Shown: piece by piece, positions 47,895 to 60,734 of the stretch
How positions within the stretch are numbered: position 1 is the stretch's first letter
How the letters are laid out: each line of letters starts with the position of its first letter
Assembly: GCA_965202585.1 (NCBI GenBank)
Contig: OZ241829.1
Span: 72,726,001-72,790,000 of the forward strand
DNA from: Thalia democratica
Lineage: Eukaryota
Reading direction: 5' to 3'
DNA length: 64,000 nt
Program-made: the position numbers and the translations under genes
The notes under the pieces: generated by a model
Told to the model about the DNA's origin: nothing
What the model saw: the letters and a program-made list of their open reading frames with translations, nothing else
The model's database searches: none

Positions 47895-49905
47895 TTTGCA
47901 AACCTAAATAGTTCTTTAAAAGAAGATGTCAATAAATTTTTAGAAAGTTTTTCAAACTTGTTTGAAAAGTTGTATTACATATGTGCTAACAGCTACAGAA
48001 TTTTAGTTGAAGATCAAAAAAAGTAACTATGTTTTATCGTTACGCTCTATGTTAGTTTAGTTTGTTTTCGTTCATACCGTTTAGTTTTGTTTGTTAATTG
48101 ACTTTAGTTTTCGTGTATCATGAAAAAATATTTTTGTATAAATTAATAAATCAATGCACTAAGGTCTGACTTTATATAGTGAAATAAAAATAAATTAATA
48201 TATTATTTCTTAACTAAACATCCAACTTTTTTTAATAAAAGGTAAACATGAACTTAAGTTGAGCAGAAACTTTATCTTTAACATCTAAAATAATGGAAAA
48301 AAACTATAATAAAACTTTTGATAAAATAATATGTCTTAAAAAATATAATATATATAGTAATAATATAAAATAATATGTCTTAATATGTGCTTTAGTTTCT
48401 TAAAGTTAGATGTAAACTTTATAAAAATAAAAATGTAACTTTTTGTATACAGCTATTGAAATAACTTAATAATAACTTAACAACTAATATTAAGTTAGTA
48501 ATCATAGTTTCCGGGTAATCAGTAAGAAGCTCTATTTTAAAATAAACGTTTGGTAAATTACGAAAATAAAACTAAACAGTTTCTCTTAAATCTATATTAA
48601 AAAATGCTGCAAATTAAACATATTAAAAGGTTAAGAAAATAAAATTTTGTTTACCAATTACATTTTAGTAACTTTAATTAAGATTGATTCTACTTGTCTT
48701 GTCAAACAAAAAGGAATTAATGCTTAAATCAAGTAAAAACTATGTTTTGCTTTTAAAATTTCGAAATGATAAATTGTTGAAAACTACTGTAGAAACCTTT
48801 TATATATAAAAAACTTCAGCAAGTAGATAAAACATCTTCGTCTTTAGACTATCGACAGTGGTTTTTATATAAAAAACTTATATTTGTAAAAATTAAATGA
48901 AATTCTACAGTTTATAAAATTGGTGACTAAACTTAAGCTTTTTAATAAAGTTAATATTTATAAAAAAGGGTAATAATAAGATTTGATTAAAAATGTTTCA
49001 AAATATATATTTTATAGCATTTAATTTAAATAACATTATTAATTATGTTAAAATATTATTATAAACTGTTGTGTTACTCTTGTAATTTATTACTCAGTAA
49101 TATTTAAAATCTCCATAATGTTTGTTTCATAATTTAAAAAATAATAATTGAAATACTATCATTTAATAGTATTAGAAGTTGTTCTAAAATAATTTTGCAT
49201 TTAGTTTAAAGCACTTTACTGTTTATAAAGATTCGATACTCAGCAAGTTTTTATACTTTGAAAATTTAATTTCATTGTTTTTAAAAGATCATAACTAGGA
49301 CACTAATAAAAGGATACCCATAAAAAACCTGCCGATTTGTTCGAACACGAACTATTACGTCACAATGAAGACAGTTAACCAGGTATGACCTTTTTAAGTT
49401 GATCGTACGGTTTGCAATATAAACATAAAAATGGTATATAAGTTAATTATATTTTAATCTACAAAATTTTACAAAATTTTTATTTGTTTTTTAAGGTTTT
49501 AGAAAAAAATTCGAAAGGCTGCAGATGTTTATACTCGTGTACATTATATCGTAAGTTTTTAATAATTAAATTATTATTGCAGTTTCATTGAACGGGTTTA
49601 TATTGTTTATTGAGAGATAAAAAAGCGCTTTTATTAACTAAAGAAGAGAAGTTCGGACTAAAGACCTGGTGTACAAAGGAACCTTTCGGTTTTTGAGTCG
49701 TACACCATATACTTGTAACATTTCTTACGAGTTATTGAATTTATTTTTATCATTTAAATATTTAATCTTTAGTAATAAAACAGTCAGTTTAAAAAAAAAA
49801 TTAAATGAATTTTGTGTATAAAAACATACTTAAAACCTTGTTTAGTAAGATAAAAACTAAAAAATAGATATAACTTGAAATCCACTTATTAAAGGAGATA
49901 CACAA

Positions 49906-49995
49906 TACTCATTACTGTTTGAAAAGTTTAATTCCATTATAAGTAATAGCCACAAAACTTTGGTTAAAGAGGAAAAAGAAAATACTTGCACTTAG
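49906..49995 (+). pseudogene. 3'-terminal remnant of a twelfth, A-type copy
   Basis: YSLLFEKFNSIISNSHKTLVKEEKENTCT* aligns with the A1 end YSILFEKFNYIRINNYKTFVEDKNKCLL*. The downstream 50000-52040 is colinear with 2204-5190. Confidence 0.75.
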
Positions 49996-52061
49996 AGCGT
50001 TTTCAAATCAGTATCTTCTATGTTATTTTTGTTGTTGTTTATACCGTTTAGTTTTGTTTGTTAATTGACTTTAGTTTTCGTGTATCATAAAAACAGTTTC
50101 TGTTTCAACTAATAGATCAATGCACAAAAAATGACTGTATATAATAAAATAAGATACTTAATAGCTTAAAACACACAAAAAATATTTAATAACTTCAAAT
50201 CTCTTTATTAACCGAAAGGTTAATTTTAGTTTAAATTAAACTGGAAAGTGATATTTTAAGTTGGAAATACTTTTATATGTCTAAAATAAAATTTAACATT
50301 GACGTTAAAATTAAAAGAGAATAATTTGTTTTACAATGTTAAAAAATCCAGGTGTAAAATAAATAAATTGATAAAAAGAGTTTTTTTTCATGAACTTTTA
50401 CTTATAACCATAAATGCCTTGTTTTAAGCGCTACACTAAAAAACCCTTAGCACGCTACAAATTTAGCAGTCTAACAATTTATTTCGAACCACATTAAAAA
50501 TGCTGCAAACTAAACATCTGGAAAAATGAAAATTAATCGATAAAATTTAAGATAGGTAAGTTTTGATTACCAATTGGATTCTAGGTAACTTAAATAAAAA
50601 TTGATTCAACTTGTTTTGTCAAAAAACAAAGGAATTTTAGTTATAAACGGGGAAAAACAACTAATTTTTTGCTTATAAAGCTTTAAAACATAATTTCTTT
50701 ATTCTAGTTTTTAAAACTACAGTAATTTAACACATATACATAGTAAATGGATAATGAGTAGTATTTTATATTTAAAGAAAAATCGTACTAATATTTGTAC
50801 AAAATACGCACTTATACGGATTCTATAGTTAGTGTTGGTAAAATTTAGTGCTATAAAATTTAGTTGTTTAAATATTTGTTTAAAACGTAATATTGTTTCT
50901 TGATAAATTTCTTGAAATACAAATTGTATAAAATAGTTTGCAAAATTGCTTATTTTGATATATAAAAGCGGTATAGTGGTCTTACGACACATGTAAATAT
51001 AGGCGTTGGCTCTAATAAGTGTCGCAAATGTTTTCTTTGACTATTTGATATACGTATTAAAATAGTTAATTAATTTAGTGTTAATTGTTACGGCCAGCTC
51101 AAATTTATAAGCTTATTGTTAAGTTTTTTAGGTTTTTATAATATCTAAGTTTAAACTGACTTGACTTAACAAGTTAATAACCAATTCAATTTGTTTATTC
51201 AGCATTAAACTAAACCCTTCCAACAACTCTGCTTATGTAAATAATATAATATTTTTTTTGTATAAGTAGTGACTACAAAGTAAGTGCATTTATAAGAAGC
51301 TTAAAGTATGAGTAGAATAAAAAGCTTAGTAGTTTAAAAATATCTACTTTATTTCGTTATGCCTTAAGTTCAAATAAATAAACTTGTTTTGAATCTACAC
51401 TTCTTAGATCTTAACTCGATTACACTAAACGCTCGACAATTTAATTTAGTATCAATAACCGCTAGATTTTTGACATAATGTTGTTTTAGCAACTATGCTC
51501 TACGAGCTTAAATTTTTTGTTTTAAAATATATCATTAAGCAAATGAATCATCTTAGGGATAGGAAACTACTATAGTAGAAGGACGAGATTTATACCTTTT
51601 GGTACTTTTCTCTGCACATTTTGAGTTGTGGTAATTTTCTGTGCACAAAATAAATTTTTAACACTTGAATACTTCTTTGGTAACGCTTGCTATGGAAGCT
51701 AAATATTTAACAACTTTCATTATTTATACAAGTATTTTGAAAATTATTATAATAATAAACTAAGGCTTAAAAACTACAGTGAATGTGTTTTACACATAGA
51801 AAGTCCTATAGAAAACAATAAATACAATATTTAAAAACATACTTGCTAATAAACTATAATTAAGTGTTTAAACAACGGTATTATATTGTATATATATCTT
51901 TCTTTTTAACTTTTATTGCGGAAGTGGTCATTCATATCAACTTTTTCATGTTAGACCAGAGCAGTATGTATTAATGTAGATTAATCAACTACTCTTCTGA
52001 TACTTTTAAAATGTAGCATTCAAAGTGATACGGACAGCTACTAAAAAGTTTTAATAGATAA

Positions 52062-53074
52062 CAGTGGCGTAGCGTGGTATTTTGGTCAGGGGGTGCGCAA
52101 ATTTTTTTCTCAAAAAATCCTCTAAATTAAAACTTTTCTAATTAGCTATAAAAAAAACTTTTTATAAGTAATATAATTGAAATAAATTTATTAAGTAAAA
52201 TAAGTTCGTTAACTGTTTTAAAAAATATTTATATATTACAAAATTAAACAATTAAATAAAAGTATAAATTTCATTAGAATTACTTATACTTGCAAAAATA
52301 TAAACTTACTAAATAAAAATTGTTTTTATTACTTATAGTAAACTTTACATCTTTAAAATATAATATATTCAATAAAACGAAAGCATCTGTTTTATTTACG
52401 AAAAAAATATCAATCTCTCTAATATACAATACAACAGTGATAACAACACCTCATTGCACATAACTTTAATAAAGTTACAGAGAAGTTAAAACAGACCAAC
52501 TTTATAACTGTTGTTAAAAGTATACTTTTTAAATTCAATTAACTTGATTGTATTTGTTTAAAATAAAAATCATAAACAAAGTTTATTTCTCATAGGCCAA
52601 CACGCTTATCTTGTAGGTTTACAAAATAAAGTTCAGAAATTTAGCAGTAGTCTTAACAATGTAGCATAAAAAAAAATTGTAAAATTGTTTAATTTTTCTT
52701 TAAGCGTGATGTATTTTTGTAAACTTTTTGTAGAAAAATAATTTGCCATAAGGATATACTACACTGGTGCGCTATATTAATTGTGTACTTTTTGAGTCTA
52801 AATTCTTATGAAGTTGATGAACTTATAAAAATTTTTCCTTATGGAGTTTTTCATCTACATCGGTGCGCATTTGCAATTACGCACCGAATCAGTATATTGA
52901 GTAATAACATGTACTTTCCTAACTTGTCACTAATTGGTATTCAAAATTTCGTTTAACTTTTTGAATACTAGATAAACATAGTTGAAAAAAGACAGATTAA
53001 GCAGAAAAAATAAACTATAAAGGATAAAGATGTTACATTCTTTTTTTTACATTTTTCTTTTTTTGGGTGGCACG
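52062..53074. mobile_element. One-ended hAT-like insertion
   Basis: Starts CAGTGGCGTAGCGTGG. Absent from the paralogous site near 5190. Right TIR and TSD not found. A related left end occurs at 37943. Confidence 0.6.
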
Positions 53075-54190
53075 AAATTTTAATTGAAACTTTTTTACCA
53101 AAACATTACACTTAAAACATACAACAACAAAATAAAATAAATAAAGATGAAAAAATTTATGTCTGTATTTATTTATTAAAATGTAAAAGTAAATTTTAAT
53201 TTGTTATACTGAATTATTTCAAACGTTAACGATTTCTTGTAACATAAAATTAATTATAGTTTGACTCTTATGGGTAAAACGTTAAAACTAAAAAAATATT
53301 TTTGTATATTTTTACAAAAACTAATATTGCTAAATGTCATTATGTTAAAACTTGTGAGTTAGTTTTAAAAAAAGTATATATTTACAATATAATTAATAAA
53401 ATCTTTTTTTTTTTTTTTTTTTTTAATACTTACAGGTAAAAAAATTAATTCTAATGCTTAAAACTACTAATAAGTGTTAAAATATAAGGCATATAAGTTT
53501 AATTTTTTCATTAATAGTTATACATTTTTGTTTCATTTAAGTTCGAATACATATAAATTTGTAAATGCTTTAAAAACTTTCAATTTTTAATCAAAATCAA
53601 TGATTAAATTTACTTTTCTGTCAGTAAAAAAATGATGTATGTACTTTTTTAACTTATATGTTCATTTGACTTAAAACTGAGCATAAAATTTAAACTAATT
53701 TCATAGTGATTTAGCATTTTTCCTTCTACTTCACTAAGTTATGTCTTAAGTTTGTTAAAATTCAAAACTTTTTCAAAATAAGTAATTTTATGTTTCGATT
53801 TTGATTAAAAAAAAAACTTATAAATTTCGGATTAATTTTGCTAGATATTATGTATTGCAATAAAAATGTAGTATTTATTCGAAAAACTACTAAATCAAAA
53901 GCTAAATAAAATAATTATTCTCAGTCTTAACCTTTAAAAAATTTAATTATGAGTATTCAGAATTTTTTAATGTTTTTTAAAATAAAAGAAATTAAGGTTT
54001 TTGTTTTGATAATAAAGTTTTAAAATAAACTGTTATAAGTTTAGTTTTTTATGGATACTTTTTAAATCTGCTAGCTTATGTCTTTAATTTAAAAGTTTTG
54101 AAAAAGTTTATCGTTAATTATTGTCACGTTTTATTAAAAACAATAAATAATTAATTTATTAACAGGTGAGTAGTTAGTACCACTTGTAAA

Positions 54191-55755
54191 ATGATAAAAC
54201 TTCGACTAAGTTTTGATCTCAGTTTGAGCAAAGTTATTCTGGGTGTAACTGGTATATCTGCTACTACTTTTGCATTTCAGTATTTCATTTCAAAGAACAA
54301 TAAACTAAACGGGTTGTTAGAGAATGATTTGAGTTCTAAGAAAGACATTATAGTGTCAAATTTAGTTTCTCCAAAAACTTTGGTTGAGCCTGAAATCGGT
54401 AAAGATAATTTAGCTAAAAATGAGTACAAAAACAGCAAAGCTGAAAATGATTTAAAATTGTTTACAAATGAAAGTAAGAGTGATGCCGTTCCAATTGTCG
54501 GTAAGGAAGTAATCCGAAAAATAACGAATTCAGTTCAAACAGTGATAATTCAATCTCAAATTCTGATCCAAACTGCGAAGAAACTATTTCAAAAACCGAA
54601 TCAAGCTATGAAAAGTCAGCCTCGAAAATCGACTTAAACTGTGTGAAGTTAGTATCAAAAACTGAATTGAATTGTAAAATGCCAAACCCAGAAACTGATT
54701 TAGATTGTAGAAAATCAACTTTAAAGTTTGATATAGACAACACAAACAAAAGTACAGAAATTCTTTGCAGGAAAGTATCAAGTGGGTTTAAGAAGATAGG
54801 TAACATAAAAGATGATATCCAATATAAAATGACGGATAAAAATACTGAATTGTTTGATAAGAATACTGATATAAACTATAAAAATTCAGTCTCAAAAACT
54901 GATTCAAACTACAAAAAGTCTATTTCAAAGTCTTTTCAAGACAAAACGAATATTAATAAGGAAAGTCAAGATCAATTGTCAATTAAAAGTGTAAAAATCC
55001 TTGACAATAAAAATATTATAGGAGCAAATGCAAGTACTTCAAATGAGGGTTTTCAAACTTTTAAGAAAAAATCTAATGTGCATATTAAAAAAAAGCCTGA
55101 AAATAATAAAGTTGTAAAACTTCGTAATGATTTAAATGAGCAGTATGTATTTTTTGAGAAGACCTTAAAACTTATAAATGCTGAACAAAAAGAACATGAA
55201 AATAATATTGGTCAGTTGGAGACAAATATTTCTGTTGCTTCATTGTATAAGGTAATATCAAACCTTAAAAATGCAATTTTAGAAGATCTAAATAAACCAA
55301 AGGGTAACAGAATTTTGAAACAGTTTTTTCAAAGTGTATTTAGTTTACAGCTAAAGGTTTGGAAAAAAGCGAGTGCATGTTTAAAATACAAAAGTAAATT
55401 ATCTGATGAAAAAAATGAAAGTATTAAGGAAACTTTTGATAAAATAAAAGCTTTATTAGACATATGTGATGATACAATAAAAAACACTTTAAAAAGAATT
55501 AATATAGTGCTAAAGTATATTGATGAAACTGATAAAAATGAAATAAATAATATTAATAAGTCACTTAATGAGATAAAAATGAAGATTATGATGCAGAAGT
55601 TGGAAAATACATTTCAAGAGTTAGGAAAAGAAAATATTATTTTAGACGATGATATAAATGACATTTCAGATAGTTTAAAAAACTTATTTTGCAAGTACAA
55701 TCAAGTTTGTTCTAATTTCTACAAAATTGTAGCTAAAGGTTTAATCACTAAATAA
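54191..55755 (+). pseudogene. Array copy B2 with a 13-nt frameshifting deletion
   Basis: B1 ataacg-GTAAGTAACCGTG-aattc versus B2 ataacg-aattc near 54527. The downstream frame 54643-55755 is open. An additional in-frame 33-nt deletion. 17 differences in the last ~223 aa versus B1. Confidence 0.9.
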
Positions 55756-57627
55756 CTAAATGTGTTAATATATTATACTATAAAACGTTCTGTTTCGTTC
55801 TTTTTTGCTGTTTCGTTCTGTTTTTTGTTTACTGGTATTATTACAAAAATTTTGCTTTTGTTTATAAATTCAATGCACAATAAGTGTAACTTAATTTGTT
55901 AGAATAAATAATGGTTATTTAAAGACATTTTCGTCACATAAGTCAACCATTACAAAAATATAAATACATTAGATACTTTACATAAACTTAAGTTATAATT
56001 AAATATGATCTTCAACATCGAGAATATTTTCTTAAACTCACATAATTTATGGTTTAGGTTTAAGTAGAAATAAACATTTTAATCTTTAGTTATGATATAT
56101 AAATATTATTAAATAACATCTTTGTGATGATTCTTTAGTTAAATTTGTTTATTTCAAATTTTAAATGTTTACTAACTAGGTTCCATAAAATTAAAACATA
56201 TCATCTCAGAAATAATGGCATTTTGTGTAACACGCTTATAACAATTAGAAACTACAGTAAATCAATAATCATAAAACTATAAACATTAATAGTTGTCAAA
56301 AAATCAAAACATGCTTTTTCAAAATGCATTTGATTTAAATTGAGTCATTAAAATTTTTGTTTTAATTAGAATAATGTTAATTCAATATTTGCTTTATAAT
56401 TTACAAATAGATGAGTTTGATGAAAATAAAATAGTGTTTATAATTTTCATTTATTAAATATTATGGATAATTTATAGGCACTATGATATGGAGCGGGTCA
56501 ATATTGTACTAGTATTCGAATAAAGAAAACAAAGTAATTTTTGACACTGATCTAGGCATAATTTATTTTCATGAGTTATAATTGTTTAGTTATTAGTTTG
56601 AAGAGTAAAATATTGATAAATGCTTTGACTTCTTTTCTTACTTGAAATCTAAATAAATATATCTTTCTTTGTTGAGTTTATTCACAAACTAAATACAAGA
56701 ATGATAAAGTATGTAATACAAAACATATAAACTTACAAAACTAATAAACAATTAATGTTTTTATCCAAAACACTTTTTGAAACTTGGATTTTTTTGTTAA
56801 TAGAAGCTGTCTTATAAATGAATATTATTTACTGTCACAGTATTGTAATATATACCTAGTTGTTCTTTTTTTATTAAATTTAAATTACCTTTGATATGTG
56901 CGCCCTTTTAAAAACTATTAAAATATTGAATTGTCAGAAATTCAATTGCTATGTAACCATGGACAACTGTCTACTAAAGTATTATAGTTTTAAAATTTAC
57001 TCTCAGTAAAAAAAAGTAAATTGTTTAATTTTAATCAATTACTACTTAAAAAAAACTTCTTATTATTATATTTAAATGTACATTTAATAATTGTTTAAAA
57101 CTAAATTAAAAAAATAGTTCTAAAGATATATTCATATAAAAGCTAGCACAACTATCAAAATCTGTTCTAAAGTACCATGGAGAATTTCGTTAGAAAATAT
57201 TTAAAACAAAAAGTATATTTGATTGATTTATCTCAAAAAAAGTAAAGTACGTTGAAAAAAATGAAACAATTTAAATAAAAAAAAAATTTAAACATAAAGA
57301 CAAAGGTTTAAAGATTTAATTTTTTATTTTATAGAATAGTTTAAATCTGAAGGTTTATCTGTGTTGTTTTATAAAACTTCAATCAGTAGACTACCGTTAT
57401 AAGTTACTCATAAAAGTGTACAAAATGCACATCAAAATGTTTTTAAACGTATGAGTTCCATAGTATTCATTTTGTTTGAAGGTAAGCTTTAAAATCTTAG
57501 TAGTTTATCTGTTTAACATTTCTTTAGTGTGTCAGTAGCTTTTTTAACGTTAGCAAACAAAATTTTAAAAAAGATAAACTACTTTAATGCTAAATGTTAC
57601 AGGTGTGTAGTTAGTAAAACATGTAAA

Positions 57628-59367
57628 ATGATAAAACTTCAAATAAGTTTTAATGTCAGTTTGAGCAAAGTTATTGTAGGTGTAGCTGGTATATCTGCTA
57701 CAGTTTGTGCATTTCAGTATTTCATTTTAAACAAGAGCAAGCTAAAAGGCTTTTTGAAGAACGATGTTGTACGGAATAAAACAGACTCAGAGAAAAAGAG
57801 TAAAGTGTCAAACCTAGTTTCTGCAAACCAACTATTGTGTCAAAACTCAGTAAAATTAGATAAGCTACAGATGACTTAAAAAACAAAAAACCTGAAAATG
57901 ACAAAGATAAGTTTTCAAATAAAAATAAAGGCTATATCACTCCTATTAACGAAATCTATAGAAATACATCAGATTGTAAAGGTGAATATAATTCAAACTA
58001 TGAAAAATCAATCTCAAAATCTGATTTAAACTATGTAGGACCAATTTCTGAAAATAAATCATGCAAAGCGAATATTACTAAAGTGCATTCAGGTCAAGTA
58101 AAAGATAAAAGCATAAACGCTCTTGATAATAAATCTGGGATTGGAGCTAATGCCAGCTATCTTCTAATGACGGTTTACAAACTGTTGAGAAAAAATTTAA
58201 ATTAGATTATAAAAAAGAGCCTGTAAATAAAAAAAGTCTAAACCAATTGAAAGATGAAAGAATTGAGTTTCTTGATAAGGAAATAAGTTTAGATGCTGAT
58301 ATAAGTACGTACCTCTATTGACGATTTGCAAAATGTTGAGGAAAAATCTATTGTAAATGTTGAAAAGGAGCACGTAAATGAAGATATTATAGTACAATTA
58401 AAAGATGAAAATGTAAAAGTTCGTGTCAAAGAAGTTAGTTCAGAAGCTGATACAAGTACTACAAGTACTTCTGGTGACGGTTTTCAAAAAGTATAATAAA
58501 ATGTTAAGGTAAAATATAAAGTTTGTATCAAAAAGAAGCTTGTATGTAAAAAATGTCCAGACTATTTGATAGATGAAAATAAAAAAGTTCTTGGCAAAGA
58601 TGCTAGATTAAAAGGTAATGCAAGTACTCTAAATGACGGTTTGCAAACTGTTAAGGTGAAACCTAAGAAGAATAAAAGAAAAAGATCTGAAAATAAAATA
58701 AATAAGCTTCGTAAAGATTTACTTCAGCAGCAAAGTTTCTTTGAGGAGACTCTTAGATTAATAAAAATTGAAGAAAATGAACTCGATCAAAACCTCGATC
58801 AGCTGAAAAAAGGGACATCAGCAATTTCTTTGTATGATAAAGTTTGCAATCGTTAAATTAAAATCCGTGAAAAGAAGACCGACCTAAATTACAACGAAAA
58901 TATGAAAGCTTATTTTAAAGATGTTTGTGTTTTAAAGGAAAAAGTATAAAAAGAAGCGGGAAAGAAACCAATATATGCCACTACTAAGTTAACAAACAAA
59001 AAACAGAAGAATCTTAAGGAAAATTTTGATTGTATACAAGATGTGTAAGAAAATTGTGGGGGTTTAGTTGATATTGTTTTGAGAAGAATTAGATTTATGC
59101 TTGAATATTTGGAAGTAGATGAACCTAAAACAAAATTTTTCTTTGAAGTGTATGATAATTTGTACATTGAAAATGAGGAATATCAGAAGAAAATTCACAT
59201 AATGTTTTGTGGTTATAAAAATAAATTTAGCAGTGATGCTATATGGTCAACTTTAAATACTATAAAGAATAATTTTGGTTGTTTGTTTTCCAAGTTTTAC
59301 TGTATTTGTAAAACTAGCTACAAGACTTTAGTTGAAGATGTTTAGATAAAATATATGATAAAATTAA
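57628..59367 (+). pseudogene. Array copy C3, multiple frameshifts and stops
   Basis: Leader at 57628 with a 1-nt loss near 57825. In-frame stops replace CAA (cgt TAA att) and TGG (gta TAA aaa). Fragments 58566-58856 and 59079-59345 match C2. Confidence 0.9.
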
Positions 59368-59597
59368 GAATATACTCAATTCAAAACGTTTTTGGTTTGT
59401 TATTTAGCTTTGTTTTTGTTGTTTCTTTTCGTTTTTTACATTGTTTTGTTTTAATAAAAACACTCTTTCGTTATTTTAGTAGTTAAATGCACAATAAACA
59501 TAGATAAATATAATTAGCTTAATTGTTTTAAATATGATCTTGAAAATTTGACTGTCAAAGACTTAATGAGTGTAAATAAATTTAAAATTTACTATAG

Positions 59598-60734
59598 CAG
59601 TGGTTCCCAACCATTTTGATGTCCCACACCCCTAAAGTCTCTTAATTTGATTTCGCACCCCTAACACTATATGCTATAACTATTTATTAATAATTTGATT
59701 ATAAAATCATTGGTTTGATTAATTAATAATTTGTATTTTAATTCTTATGATAGTGTACTATATTATCAAAAATAAAATTCTTGAAAACTTATAAAACATA
59801 GCAAACTATATTCGAACAAGTTTTATCTTTTTTTTATAAGGTAGAAAACATCAGCTGTTATAAATTAAGAAAATGTTAAGTTTTATTTACAAAAGTATTA
59901 GCAGCTAGGAATTTTCAAAATAATAAAGGTTTGAGTTAAGATTTTTAAAATTTAAAAGATATGTATAAAAGCAAATACAAATTAAAATGCTTGCTTACAA
60001 CATAAATAAAAAAAAAGTAGATTGAAAAAGGTAAAGTATTTAGGTTCAAAAAAGGAATGAATAGAAACAAAGTTGATGCATAGAATACTTTTGCTGATCT
60101 ATTAAAATTGGTTTTACTATAGCTAAAAACATACAGTAATTGCTGTGAACTTTACAATTTACTGATGTTAAATCTTTAAGCACCACTTTCTGCACAACGA
60201 AGCTTAATAAAAGAATATATTATAAATGTAATAAACTTAACAGAACCAATTTAGAACCAGTTTTAAACAATTAATGGCCACTTAAGAAACTAGAATATTT
60301 AAAAAATAGATGATTAAAATTCACAAGTGTAAAACTCTAAGAAAGCTTTACTGAAGTGTTAATTCTAAACTAACAGCTATTAAATGAAATTAGTAAAATG
60401 AATTTACTTCTAAAAAAAGGGCTCTTGCTCTATGACGTATTAGTAAAATTAATTTATTCAGAAAATAAGCGCCAACTTCTTTTTATAAAAAAATGCACTT
60501 TTTGTGAGAATGTGAAAGTGAAAATCTCGTTATTTATAATTCAAAAATTAAAAGCCATTCCGCACCCCCAAGGGGTGTGAGCTAGACTTGTTAAAATGCT
60601 AACAGTTACTATGGTAATTCAGCAATGAAGCGTATAAACTTTGGTTTGTTTTAAGTTGGTAATTTCACGCTCGAGTAAACAAAGCAGAGCTTTATAACAT
60701 GTCTGGTGTGAGCACCCCTGGTTGGGAACTCATG
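59598..60734. mobile_element. Non-autonomous hAT-type transposon
   Basis: TIRs CAGTGGTTCCCAACC / GGTTGGGAACTCATG. TSD TACTATAG / TACTATAC. The paralogous site near 11740 has a single tactatag followed by tgttagctttaac. Confidence 0.9.

Noticed and set aside
6452-59167. Minus-strand ORFs overlapping the array genes (e.g. 6452-6673, 7502-7873, 23560-23790, 46913-47311)
   Set aside because: These are shadow frames of A-rich, repeat-containing coding sequence, with Phe/Leu/Ser-rich translations and no independent support.
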